From Octopus sinensis (Eukaryota), in contig NC_042997.1 of the NCBI RefSeq assembly GCF_006345805.1, positions 145,762,001 through 145,826,000 on the forward strand: DNA of 64,000 bases, given 5' to 3'. The position numbers and the translations under genes were made by a program. The notes beneath the pieces were generated by a model. The model was given only the letters and a program-made list of their open reading frames with translations, was not told where the DNA came from and searched no databases. Positions 1 through 13,300 of this stretch are shown here, in pieces (positions within the stretch are counted from its first letter, which is position 1; every line of letters starts with the position of its first letter).

Positions 1-150
1 TGCGTCACCGTAAAGTAGCGGTTCGGCAAGAGAAACCGCAAGAATAAGTCCAAAGCTTTAGAAATAAGTACTGAGATATATTTATTCAGCTAAAAAATTC
101 AAGGTGGTGCCCTAGCCACATTCTTAACACTAAAAGAAGTAAAAGTAAAA
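1..150 (+). mobile_element. 3' fragment of CORE-like tRNA-derived SINE (family A)
   Basis: Degenerate match to the 3' half of the copy at 1480-1858 (agcggttcggcaa...aataagt...aaggtggtgcc...aagtaaaa). Confidence 0.6.
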
Positions 151-202
<52 letters not shown>

Positions 203-210
203 TTATATAT

Positions 211-538
211 TTAGTGAAGGGAAGAAATGGAGCTGAACGAAGATTCTACAGAATTCCTTTTATTATTTTCTACACATGTTTCAAAGGCCGCAATTTCCAA
301 TTCGGATTGAATAAGGAGACCATTTTGCAGTCCATGGGCTCTAGGGAGCGTTTTGTTCGAATAGCTTGCTGCGCATTTGTTTGGAGATTTAAATTCCTGG
401 ATATTCCTGAGAGAAAGCTGAAAAATGGTCTCCTTATTCAATCCGAATTTGGAAATTTGCGGCCTTTGAAACATGTGTAGAAAATAATAAAAGGAATTCT
501 GTAGAATCTTCGTTCAGCTCATTTCTTCCCTTCATTAA
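211..538. mobile_element. Fold-back element (arms ~211-330 and 418-538) carrying a decayed hammerhead-like motif; Penelope pLTR-like
   Basis: Near-perfect ~118-bp inverted arms, ~90-bp spacer; 404-538 aligns by eye with 37547-37675; abuts (TA)n. Confidence 0.75.
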
Positions 539-686
539 TATATTAGAACTTCTTCAATTATCCGCGCTGAGGCACGGTTGCGGCACCCCATGGTCGAACT
601 TCAACCGTGTTTTTTCTGTTGTGATTTTTGCTACCAGGTATCGGTTAAATAATTCATTTATTTATCCATTTCAATATATATATATA

Positions 687-752
<66 letters not shown>

Positions 753-996
753 CATAATTATAAGCATAATTATAATCAGAGGGCAGCTAACTGCTTCGCC
801 ACGCACCGAATTTAGAAATAGGAGTTAAATGCCTTTTCTACTACCATAATATCTCCCACACAGAAACACACTTTTTTACGTAGGCAAAAGAAAAATAACG
901 AGTCCTAACGACTCAGATTAGCTACATACGCGTTGCGAGATTAAAGTAAAGTTATATTTACTTACATATTTCTCATCTTAATTAATTTTACCCTTT

Positions 997-1038
<42 letters not shown>

Positions 1039-1418
1039 ATATGTTTATGCATATATCTCACGAGAATCTCCGCGATCTAAACGAGATTATGGTTTCCAAA
1101 ATAGAGACGAACACCTTTCTCCATTGAGCGACTTGAAAAATTGTTAAAACTGTAGGATATTTTTCTTAACATGAATCCAATGGTAGCCTTAATTCACAAA
1201 AAGATCATATCCATCAATGCAGTGTAAAGCACTCATTTTTATCGTTCGACATTTACATATACATACATGCATACATACATACATACATACATACATACAT
1301 ACATACATACATACATACATACACACACACGCATACACACACACACACACACATATATATAATATTATAACCTAATAATATAATGAGCGTAGGGTTTTAT
1401 ATATTTGTATGTATAATA

Positions 1419-1474
<56 letters not shown>

Positions 1475-1479
1475 ATATA

Positions 1480-1663
1480 GGCGCAGGAGTGGCTGTGTGA
1501 TAAGTAGCTGCTAACCAGCCACATGGTTCCGGGTTCAGTCCCACTGCGTGGTATCTTGGGCAAGTGACTTCTGCTATATCCCCGGGCCGACCAAGGCTTT
1601 ATGAGTAGATTTGGTAGACGGAAACTGAAAGAAGCCTGTCGTATATACGTATATATATATATT

Positions 1664-1700
<37 letters not shown>

Positions 1701-1858
1701 TTGTGTTTGTCCCCGTCACTTAGCGGTTCGGCATAAGAGACTGATAGAAGAAGTACTGGGCTTACAAAGAATAAGTATCGGGGTCGATTTGCTCGACTAA
1801 AGGCGGTGCTCCAGCATGGCCGCAGTCAAATGACTGAAACAAGTAAAAGAGTAAAAGA
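1480..1858 (+). mobile_element. Full-length CORE-like tRNA-derived SINE (family A)
   Basis: Head ggcgcaggagtggctgtgtg with A/B-box-like motifs, CORE-like cttgggcaagtgactt, internal microsatellite, tail tgactgaaacaagtaaaaga; many copies in window. Confidence 0.85.
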
Positions 1859-1869
1859 CTAAACTATAT

Positions 1870-1941
<72 letters not shown>

Positions 1942-2718
1942 TATATATATATATATATATATTTGTCCAGAACCATGCCGAGCGCGGAGGAGGAGAGAAT
2001 ATAGTAATTCAGTGAAGGAGAAGTAGTGAGAGTAATAGCCCTAACTAAGAGGGGGTGAGAGAAAGTAATAGCAGTAAAAGAAAGGAAGAGGTGAAAAAAT
2101 CAACGTTTCAATTCTGTGTCAGTATATGTGAGTACATGTGTGCGTGTACACAAGAGAAGTATGTGAATGGTTGTATGTGTGATTATTATGTAATATATTT
2201 TGTACTTTATATATATAAAATACTACAATTAGCCGTCATTATTGACGGTACGTGGGCAGCTAGTATATATATATATAATATAATATATATATATATATAT
2301 AGAATAAGATTAGCTCGTATACGAGTGGGCATATATTTGTAAAAATGTTTGGTCAAAACATTGATGACGTCTCGTTCCGCTGGACTAGCCACCTAACAGG
2401 ATATAGTCATGGATCAGATCTAATTTCAATCCGTCAAAAACAAGGATGACGTATTTCTTCCGTGGCCAAACTGTCGTTCTGCTTGGTTGGTTTCCTAACA
2501 GGATATATTCGTTGAGACTGAGTTTTGATTGGTTGGGAACTATATAACGTCAGTTATATGAATGCATATCACCACTATGAACTACTACATCATACTCTTT
2601 AAACATATAGCATGGACTCGCTTTACTATATATGATTTTTTTATGTTTGACTCTATTGAATATTATATATGAATTTTTTATATTTGATAGCATGAACTAT
2701 CTTTTTTATATATAATTT

Positions 2719-2765
2719 TTTTTTTGATAAGGTTCGTCATTTCAAGAACCGAAACGTGTTAAATA
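2719..2765 (+). ncRNA. Hammerhead ribozyme-like motif with U3-A8 core
   Basis: TTGATAA-ggttc(gtcatttcaa)gaacc-GAAACGTGTT-aaata; perfect 5-bp stem II, T/A stem I. Confidence 0.55.
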
Positions 2766-2830
2766 AATAATGTATATACAAAATTAAAATTTGTCTAATA
2801 TAGCAGCATTTTCAAACTTCATTTTTTACA

Positions 2831-2835
<5 letters not shown>

Positions 2836-2892
<57 letters not shown>

Positions 2893-2927
2893 TATATATA
2901 TACATACATATACATATATATATATAC

Positions 2928-2976
<49 letters not shown>

Positions 2977-3084
2977 CATATACATATATACTATATAATA
3001 CTATATATAATATATAATATATATATATATCATATACACATACATATATATATATACATATATTATATATATATATATACATAT

Positions 3085-3117
<33 letters not shown>

Positions 3118-3155
3118 TCTTATACATATATACATATATATATATACATATATAT

Positions 3156-3204
<49 letters not shown>

Positions 3205-3559
3205 CATATATACATATATATATATACATATATAATATATATATATACATATATATATATATATCATATATATATTATATATATATATAACATATATTAT
3301 ACATATAATATATATATATACATATATATAATTATATAATATATTATATACATATATATACATACATATATATATTATAATATATATACATATATAATAT
3401 ATATACATATATATATATACATATATACATATACATACATATATATATATACATATCCATACATACGTATATAACATATACATACATACATATATATACA
3501 TATACATATACATACATACACATAGACACATACATACATACATACATACATACATACAA

Positions 3560-3624
<65 letters not shown>

Positions 3625-3625
3625 G
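2836..3625. repeat. (TA)n/(TACA)n microsatellite block
   Basis: Directly visible; source of spurious YIYI ORFs. Confidence 0.95.
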
Positions 3626-4815
3626 CAATAAACCTCACTACTCATATTTTTACGCATGCATCATCCTCATTACAGAAGTGTTGTCCTAACCTACGGTTCT
3701 ATAAGTCCAAACCTATTTTCCCATTGCCAGACAATTTACAACGAAGTCAATAAACTTTGAACACAGTAGAAATATGCTTTGCGCTTCTAATGTCGAAATT
3801 AGGGCAAGGTTTTGTTTTATAACTATAACAGTCAAGTCGTTGTAGTTATAGTTCTCGTAATAATGTGTGTATTATGGTAACCAGTATTATGGTTAACGTG
3901 TGCGTTTACGAGCCATAAAGAAAATTAAGCGAGAGTAGACTCCTCTGAAGTGTCTGGTTAAAGAATAAAAGAAGTGAAACTGAAAAGACCAAAATAGTTT
4001 AAACCAGGCAGGGAAAACTGTACAGATTCAACCGGTGCGCTAACTAGAAATAACTGCTAAATCTCCTTCAAATTTCACGACTCTACTGTGTTAAAAGAGG
4101 GAGAGGAGAATCGGGAAATGTGATCGAAGGTAGAAAATGTCAGAAGTTAAAAATGATATAAAATATGCAGTAAAACATTTCATCAGTCGCTCTGCCGAGT
4201 CGAACGAACCGATACGTTTTCTTGAGAAAATAGTGCGGCTCTTAATGTGTCATTGTAAAATCAAACTAGAGAGAGACATAAATATTAATGCGCATCGAGT
4301 AAGTATTTGTGTGAATGTATTTGTGTGTGTGTGCGAGCGCGCAAGTATTTGTGTGTGTGTGTGTGTGCGCGAGAGAGAAAGAGAGAGAGAGCGAGAGAGA
4401 GAGTAATGGGGTATGTTTTCTATGTTTATGATGAGTTATTACCTGTGTAATAAATGTAGTTGGATTACTTCCAATACTTCCCACTACAGAAATAATCACG
4501 GCATGATTAAACTACATTCTTTCAGGTTCAGTTCCATTGAGTTCACCTTAGGCAAGTGTCTTCTACCATAGCGTCGGGTCCACCAAAGTATTCTGAGTAA
4601 ATTAAGTAGACCGTGCTCTCTACAAATTCAGACCGAATCTTCCGTATGTTGACATGTACCTCCTTATAACAATGTAAATTTCATTTAATCTAGATACCCT
4701 TGCCCTGAGGAATAGTCTGTGGTATACACTTCACTTCGATATCTACCACTTTCGAGGTTCCGCTTACTATGAAACATATGTAGCCTTGATAATATCTTCA
4801 CCATTCTTTAACTCT

Positions 4816-4846
<31 letters not shown>

Positions 4847-5026
4847 AAAGGGCTTAGTAAAATAAATTACTTTGCCGCATACTGAACTCATTAGAAATAG
4901 CAGCTAAAAAACTTTTTTAAAGCTATTCATACTTAAAGAAAATCTCTCTCATATATAGTGTTTGCTTAATCAACTCACAAAAGTTTGGGGGTAAGGACAT
5001 CGAAAAATCAAATGCTAAGGTTATTT

Positions 5027-5076
5027 GAGAACGTACGTTTCAAGATTAGTCAAAACAACACTTCTATCATCAGCTC
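5027..5076 (-). ncRNA. Type I hammerhead ribozyme-like motif, copy 1
   Basis: Minus strand gag-CTGATGA-tagaagtgttgttttgactaatctt-GAAACGTACGTT-ctc; stem I gag/ctc, palindromic stem III, weak stem II. Confidence 0.65.
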
Positions 5077-5567
5077 AGAAATTCCTTGGTTTGGATTTGG
5101 AAACACTGAAAATAAGAACATACCCTTTCGAAGATCTGCTCGTAACTAACAGTGCCAACAAATTCAAATAGCAAGCGAAGAATCTCTGTTCTCCCCTTTC
5201 CACCAGCGTGGGTTAAAATCATCAAACACATGCTTATTTCGGTAAAATCCGAAGCATTAATCAGAGGGAGATTAATTATAATTTCAACAATTGAGGGCAA
5301 AATTAATTAATTATTAATCAATTTCCAAGTGTTCAGTATGCAAAGGGACCATTCAAGGCGAATTCAAATTATTACATTATATAAAAGGGCTTAGTAAAAT
5401 AAATTACTTTGCCGCATACTGAACTCATTAGAAATAGCAGCTAAAAAAACTTTTTTAAAGCTATTTCTAATACTTAAAGAAAATCTCTCTCATATATAGT
5501 GTTTGCTTATTCAACTCACAAAAGTTTGGGGGTAAGGACATCGAAAAATCAAATGCTAAGGTTATTT

Positions 5568-5617
5568 GAGAACGTACGTTTCAAGATTAGTCAAAACAAC
5601 ACTTCTATCATCAGCTC
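5568..5617 (-). ncRNA. Type I hammerhead ribozyme-like motif, copy 2
   Basis: Identical to 5027-5076, 541 nt away. Confidence 0.65.
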
Positions 5618-5891
5618 AGAAATTCCTTGGTTTGGATTTGGAAACACTGAAAATAAGAACATACCCTTTCGAAGATCTGTTCGTAACTAACAGTGCCAAC
5701 AAATTCAATAAGGCAAGCGAAGAATCTCTGTTCTCCCCTTTCCACCAGCGTGGGTTAAAATCATCAAACACTATGCTTATTCGGTAAAATCCGAAGCATT
5801 AATCAGAGGGAGATTAATTATAATTTCAACAATTGAGGGCAAAATTGTGAAATTGATTAATAATTAATTAATTTTGCCCTCAATTGTTGAA

Positions 5892-5941
<50 letters not shown>

Positions 5942-5982
5942 TTTAAGGAATGGTGAAAATATTATCCGGGCTACATATATAT

Positions 5983-6280
5983 ATCACCGTGATCACCGTG
6001 ACCGACCAGGCTATCAGATGTTGCTGCACATCGCTGGTCACAATGCGCTTCGCATTGTTTTAGCCTTCAAATGACGCTAAGCGAGCAGGTCAACAGAAGA
6101 AAGAGTTAGAGAAAGCTGTGGTGAAAGAGTACAACAGGGCTCACCACCACCCCCTGCCGGAGCCTCATGGAGCTTTAGGTGTTTTCGCTCAATAAACACT
6201 CACAACGCCGGTCTGGGAATCGAAACCGCGACCTACAACCTGAGTCTGCTGCCCTAACCACTAGGCCATTGCACCTCCAC
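5983..6280 (-). mobile_element. tRNA-derived SINE (family E)
   Basis: Minus-strand head gtggaggtgcaatggcctagtggttaggg...ggtttcgattccc; 3' part recurs at ~56945-57060 (+). Confidence 0.75.
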
Positions 6281-6288
6281 ACCCACAG

Positions 6289-6402
<114 letters not shown>

Positions 6403-6413
6403 ATATATATAGC

Positions 6414-6444
<31 letters not shown>

Positions 6445-8494
6445 CTGCTGAGGCGCAATATATATATATATATATATATATATTGTTTAATTAATAAAAG
6501 TGTATGTGGCATTAGTAGAAAAACGTGGTTTTACATGAAGGATATGTCGTACTACTCAAAGGTTCTATTATATTAGTTGAGTGATACGTTGCATTAGTTG
6601 AATTGTATTTAGTTTCAGTTGAAGGGTACATGGTAATAGACGAAACCTATGTAGCATTAGCTGAAGGTTATGTAGTATGTGTCGAGTGATATACAGTAAT
6701 TTATCGAAGGTTTTTCGTCGATGGATAAGCTTTATTGGTCAAAAGATATATCAGAAGATGTAAAGTTTTATTCGGCAGACATGTTAAAATATGGCAACTG
6801 AAAAAGCTCGTCTAGTGCAACATTCGATTTGCTGTATAGTTTATTAAACACAATACCGAAAGGTCAATAATGCGATTGAAGTGTGTCGATTGTTTTCCTA
6901 GAAGAAAGGTCACTGTTTGCAGATAAAGCAATATTATTCAACTCAATTAACAGCAGTTTTTTTCCTCTCTACTGAATGTTTTTTTATATGCTTGCTTTAT
7001 TTTCGTTGCATGAAAAGCAAAGACGATCCTGTGAGATTTCTGCAAGACAAAAGCATTCAACTCTAACGCAAAAACGTTGCTGTTAACTCACCACTTTCAA
7101 TGAAAGCATTAACATTAAAAATTATTGTACTCGTGCATTTGTGAATAAACATGTATGCGATTCCGTAAATGTTTGTGTCCGCATTTATGGCGCGCACGTG
7201 TGTGTATGAATACATGTATACATGGGGAGCTCTTGCAGTTAATGACATATACATAAGCCTAAAAACGGCTATAAAATATATTCAAAAAATTGTTGTTATA
7301 TCCATATCAATTAACATGTGAAGATCAATATCGGAAATAAATATGTTTGCCATATTATATAATGGTAAAAAGTATGTGTGTACATATATATATATATATA
7401 CATGTGTGTGTGTGTGTGTGTATAGCGGTTGCGTGTTTGTACATATATGAATATAAGTTTGTGACCATGCATATGTGTTGTCTAATAATTCCAAGCATTT
7501 AGGTACTCAACAGGAGAAACAGCAAATATGCGAGTCAGTGATAGACCATTTAGATGGCTGTTCTAGAAATAGCAGTTCGCGTTCTAGAAATAGCAGTCAA
7601 ATTCCCATCAAACCACATCTTTGTGTCTTAAGAAAGAAAAACACTTGGGAAGAGCATCTGAGATAGAATCCTTTCTAGATAAAGGTCTGAAAACAAGATG
7701 AGATGGTCATGACTGGAACGCTTCGCTCATAGATTTGTTTCATCAGAACTGACCCGAGGCTCAACAATAATGACAACGTCAAAAGTAAGAGATTAAACGG
7801 AAGTACTACAGAAAAAAGACAAAACATAACAGAATAAATTTGATTTGATTCGAGAATACGATAAATCTCAACTTTTACTTGATATGTCAAACCTGTCATA
7901 AAAGCAACGCCAGAGTGTCTTTTACGGATTAAACTCTTTCGTTGTATAAATTTTTCTCTCTGCTTCGCAGAATACTTTTACTCATTATTCGAGCTGAATC
8001 AAGATGTTTCTCTTAACTAGCACTCATAAAAGTGAAGTTAATGAATGTACGGCACATTTTATTTCTCAACTTCCTAATGCCTGAAAACTCATCTATAAAA
8101 CTCGTCTATAAAACACTCTTTATCTTTTCACCTGTCTTTCCCGGAATGGCATGACAAAAGCCAGTGGGAAACCTTATTAGGTCATAATGCATAAATTCAG
8201 AGTAGGTAAGAAGCGAAGTTAGAATCGTTTCTCCATAACACTTTCATATGATTATGGCCATTTTGCAACCTTCATCGTGTAGTATTAATTTCAGTATGCA
8301 TTTTTACGTACATGTTTGCGTCAGTATGTATTTTTTCTTTATAGTTTCAGCTCTGAGCTGCGGCCATGCTGATGCAGCGCCGTTTCTGTTTAGTGTTGTA
8401 AAATACACTTGTCGATTAAAAAATTAATGCAAGTAAAGCATCCCAACTCATCAAATCACCGGAGCATCAACTCTATTTGAACCGTAGGTGCAGC

Positions 8495-8960
8495 TATCAA
8501 CGGACTTTCACTTCAAGAAATTCGGCCAAATGATTGTTGTTGCTCTGAGCAAACGTTTCGACCCTATTTGCGAGTTTTATATCTATGTTACTTTTCTTTA
8601 AGACATTCTTAGTGAAATTCCTCAATTGTAGTGCCACTGACAGCTTTATATCACTGGCATTCCATCCACTCTGATCTCCCTCAGAATTCGGTATTGACTC
8701 ATTTGTATATATTAAGAGCTTTAATGCTGTCACTTCTAACAAAATCCTCTCCAACGCAGATGATATCACCTTTTACTGAAACTAAACTATTTTACGTTGC
8801 ATTGGTACCCCTCCACTTGCAACCTAGATACCCCAGGCCAGATTTCAAAAGCTATCATTTAGATATAACTTGAACAATTCTATAAAGCCTTCAAGATCAC
8901 CTAATCTTCAATGGTATCGAGTAAAAACTGCTATACATATTACTTAAACAACTCTTGAAC
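8495..8960 (+). pseudogene. Highly decayed non-LTR (CR1/L2/Jockey-like) reverse transcriptase remnant
   Basis: FGQMIVVALSKRFD (8521-8562, cf. ALDISKAFD), SDLPQNSVL (cf. GVPQGSVL), NADD (8753-8764, cf. YADD) in order, across frameshifts. Confidence 0.55.
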
Positions 8961-9921
8961 AATTCTTTATAGAAACAATTATAAGAAAATCTACTTTCAC
9001 TTTAACTGTTTAACTAGTCTCACAATTCTTTGACGAGCTTTTGTGGTTGCTTCTCTGTTTGTCAGTGCTGGACACACATCTGCACATGTATGTACTGGCG
9101 TGCGCAGATTTTTTTGAAGAAGACTAGTAGTTGCCCACACATACACGTCTCCCCTACCTACGCTATTCAGGGGAAAAAGTGCCGATTTAGTTTAATACAA
9201 CTTGATTATAGCGTTGTTGTACGTGTCGCTATTACAAAGCAAAAAGCAACAGCCGATGCCGCATGATGTCACATCCAACTCTCTAAGAGTTCTGCGTGTA
9301 ACTTTCTCCAACACACTAACGACTCTGCCAGTTTGCCGCCAATCTCTTCCGGAGACCTTACATATAGATCATTATTAAAAGTACATCCTGAAGAGTAGAC
9401 TACCTATCTGTCTAATGTTTGACACTCATAAACTGTTGAGTCTCTACTGAGTCTCTATAAACATCAAAGGTGAGTCGCTAATCACTACTGATTACAGCCG
9501 CTAAATGTACATGCCCCATTGATTGCTTCTGAATAAAAAAAGTCATCTGGCAAATTGACAAAGATTTACTTAGCGAATCATTGCAAGCACCAACTCACAC
9601 ATGCATTTTTTTGTTTCTTTCTGTCATTATTTTCTACAGCTACTATGAAAGTTTTGTGCCTCTAAACTAGCATGCGTGTACCGTTTCCGCATAAGCTAAC
9701 CATATTCACCTACCCACTCTTTTCCAACAATTTCTACTGTTTCCAGTCATGAAATCTATATTAATTTAATCATTCCTCTTCAGAAATACCATGAAGTATA
9801 TCATATCCATGTTTTTCTAACACAAAATCGAGTTTTTCCCACACAGATATTCACTTTTATAGATTTTACCAGCTTCGGAGAACTTAAAAATATCATTAGC
9901 ACCGATACTAGTTTTTTAATT

Positions 9922-10320
9922 ATATTTATGTTATCTTTATATATTATTTTTTTGCAAGATTCTTAATGTGAAATCGTGTATTGAAACAGATATTGTTATA
10001 TTTCGGGATGGTCATTTTTTTCTAAGTAAACACACGCACTATATATTCGTTCTTCTTTTTAGATTTGTTATTGTTGTAATTTTATGTCGTGGGATGGAGA
10101 GTCACTGAAGAGGTCACAGATCGTGTGCCGAAAGATTTCCAAACAAAGGACATAAAATAAGAGCAATAATTAATCTGAAGTGAAGAACGAATATATAGTC
10201 CGTGTGTTTATTAAGCAAAAACAATGACCGTCCCGAAATATAACAATATTTATATTATCGTATGAGATGTATGTTAAAGACAACGGGTAAATATTTTAAT
10301 TATATTTCTAACATAAATAT
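9922..10320. mobile_element. Decayed fold-back element with hammerhead-like motif in the spacer
   Basis: IR 9990-10016/10223-10249 (1 mismatch) and 9922-9932/10310-10320; CTGAAGA-ggtcac agatc gtgtgcc-GAAA at 10105-10133. Confidence 0.5.
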
Positions 10321-13300
10321 CCAAGAATAGGAACAGTTTCATACAGTTTCCATCTACAAAAGTACTTCAACACACAAGGCTTTGGTTAGCTCAACGCTAT
10401 GGTAAATGTTTGTCCCAGGTACCGTGTAACAGGATCGAACCTTAAACCACATATCTGCGAATATATCTTAATCACGAGTGACCATGTCAGTGACCATGTG
10501 CATATGTGCGTAAAATAGAAAAAGAGAGCGGGGTTGGGGGAAACAGCTGAAGACAGTTTCGTTTAAAACACAATTGTACAACTTTCATTCATTAAAATGC
10601 ACATTTTCATCTTACGCTTTTCGTATAATACCTCTATCTACATTGTCGAAATTGAACTCCATTATAGTGACAATCTATTGATGTACTGTCCATAGAGTAT
10701 TACATTTTCTTATTGTATTGATAAATGTCAACTCAAACTTGTCCGACGTATTTCCTATTCTCTTGTCGGCATGCAATCATCTGAAGAGAGAACAAAAACG
10801 AGGAAATACACTAAATCAGATCAAATTGACTTGGAGCTTTTTGTCGGTGGTTGTAGACATTATTGATATTGTATTTGCTCCTATTCTTAGTGTATTCTCA
10901 TCACAGCCACAATTACTACGAAATAGAATAAGTAAATTTTGTCAGAATGCGAGTCAATTAAATCGTTAAATCTTCGGAATTCCTTACTACTGACAAGATA
11001 ATTCCTCATGATATAAGCCCATTGATATTCAATTTTGAAGGAAGAAAAAGTAAGAAATTCGCTATGCGGAATGCTTATAGTAAAAACATTAGGAGAACAG
11101 TTTCAAGGAAGCGTGCTAAGCATTAATGACAGCATTAAAGAAATGTGTAGATAATCTGCCAGGAGAATCTAATAAATGTAAATGATAAAACTAAAGAAAA
11201 AGTCAAATTAATCTTTAATCATTACACGGAATGTATTTTTTTCGATATCACAAATAAATGAACAAAAGAAAAAGAATACAATGTAATATCAATAACGATT
11301 TCTAACTTCGGTACAATGCCAAAAATTATGGGGTACAGTATACTCGATTAAATTGACGCCAGTTCTTAACTGGTATTTACGTCAGACAGAAGTGTAAGAG
11401 CGTGTAACTAAAGCATTACGGTTGAGAAGCCAATACTTATAAGCAGTATGGAGAAGAGAACTGTATAAATGAAGCTATTGTATTCCATGTTGTGGAAAAT
11501 GGAGTCAGCCAAGTTGCATTCTCTCCTGAGAATGCTGTATGATGTGCTTGCAGCTTCGGTAAATGTTAACCCAAAAAATGGCGTGACACTGCTGCCACCA
11601 ATGAGAAAATGTATATCGTTGGAAATAATACTGTATTGTATTTTTATCGCTTGGTCTTAAGGATAGGCAGTGCCTTTGGCTTTGGCTTCCAAGATGGGTA
11701 GGACAGAGGAGTGTATCATCAATCAGAGACTTGTTCTGAATGCTTGCAGCAGAATGGACTCTGCAAAAGGCATTCATTAACCAGGTTGTAGTTTTAAACC
11801 AAGGAACGGAGTAAATCTATTACTCAAATACATTACTGCAGGATCTGTGATGTATTTGAATAAAACGAAAAGATCAGCGACAAATACGGTAAGGAATGTC
11901 GTCCGACTCTCTAGAAATACCGTCAATGTTCCATCTTTGACTAATACTTTATTTATTGACCCCAGAAGGAAGCAAAGCAAAGCTAACACCTGTGGAATTT
12001 AATCTCAGAACATATGAAACCATAAGAAATAAAACTTTGTATTAATACCGATGCTTTATCGCGTCTATCAATATGCACACATAAGCAATCCCTAGTAGAT
12101 TATAACTGTTGTTATAACCAAATCATAAAAATGTTCATTCTTGCAAGCCGTATGTGAAATACAATATCAATGCATCGGGAAGGTAAAAGGCAAGGCTGAG
12201 TCGCGCGTGATTTAAACTATCGATGTAAGATGGAAGAAGTAAATGCCTAACACAAAGTATTTGTAAGGCTGTTATGTTTAGCAGGTCGAGCGACCACGTT
12301 TGCCACTCTGCGTTGGTTTCGCAAATAATATCTACAAGCATAAGAACACGTGGAATGGCATTGACTCTGAACATAATTGGTATTTATTCTATCGACTATT
12401 AATAGCAATGAAAATGAAAAAGTCACAAGCCGTAATTCTAATTACTAAGCGATGTTTTAAACAATAGCTAGAATTTTAAATAAAAGAAACCTATGAATAA
12501 AATTCGCTGAAAAAAACTGAAGAGCATTCGAAATGTCAAAATTTAAAAACGAAAAGAAATAGATGTAAAATAACGCTTAATCTGAGCCTACAGACTGTAA
12601 AAGAAAAAAAGAATAGAATTCCATTAATTTCTATTCATATCAATATTGAAAATGTCGCAAATGTGGCGGACAGATTTAGCGATACTTCAGTTATCTACAA
12701 GTGTATATGTAAAACGAATATAGAAACATGAAGTTCGGTTCTAATCGATTAGGATTATTTCCTGAATGTAATTTTGTAACAAATTATTAAAGTAATTAAA
12801 CAAAAAAATCATGATTATTTCATTAAAGATAATGTTTCCAATGTGACCTAAAGATGTCTAAGCGCTAAATAACGTTTCTTATTGCTTTTACACTACCAAA
12901 TGTACTTACAACGATCTTCATATTACTATAAACACAGAGATATAAACACAGACCTTCCTTTCTTTACAACATCAACAAATATGTTAAGACCCAGCAATTG
13001 TTAGCACCGTAAAAGGCCAAATAATGCTTAAGTATGGAGCCATTCAAATGTTGCATTCTCTTTACGACCGTTATCTCGGGAGTTTATTAAAACAAAATGC
13101 CATCTGTTTGATTGATAAATTTCAATCATGCACTTGTCTTTTCCTTTTCTATCTTTTCGTTTTTTTTTAAACCGCCATTAAAATGTATTAAATGTACAGA
13201 CACTATCGTATATTTATTTAAGCTATCTAGTGAAAATGATACCACCGTGTCCCCCACTTTTATTATGACTTTCTCCAAGACAGTAGACTAAACAACCTAA

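Larger units (their letters stand above)
4840..5893 (-). mobile_element. Tandem ~540-nt hammerhead-containing repeat (about 1.9 units) with 45-bp inverted terminal stub
   Basis: 4840-5376 and 5377-5846 nearly identical (offset 537-542); 5849-5893 is the exact reverse complement of 5281-5325; (TA)n on both sides. Confidence 0.85.

Noticed and set aside
3001-3657. Long YIYI/MYVC-type ORFs here and at 21702, 34559, 41494, 42459, 47562-48428
   Set aside because: Translations of (TA)n and (TATG)n microsatellites, which lack stop codons in some frames
7675-7899. Hydrophobic 74-aa ORF with a CTGATGA...GAAGCG motif on the minus strand
   Set aside because: No homology recognised, no stem II, no convincing splice context
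11400-12000. Relatively GC-richer stretch with short ORFs
   Set aside because: No motif I can assign; possibly an old TE remnant but unsupported
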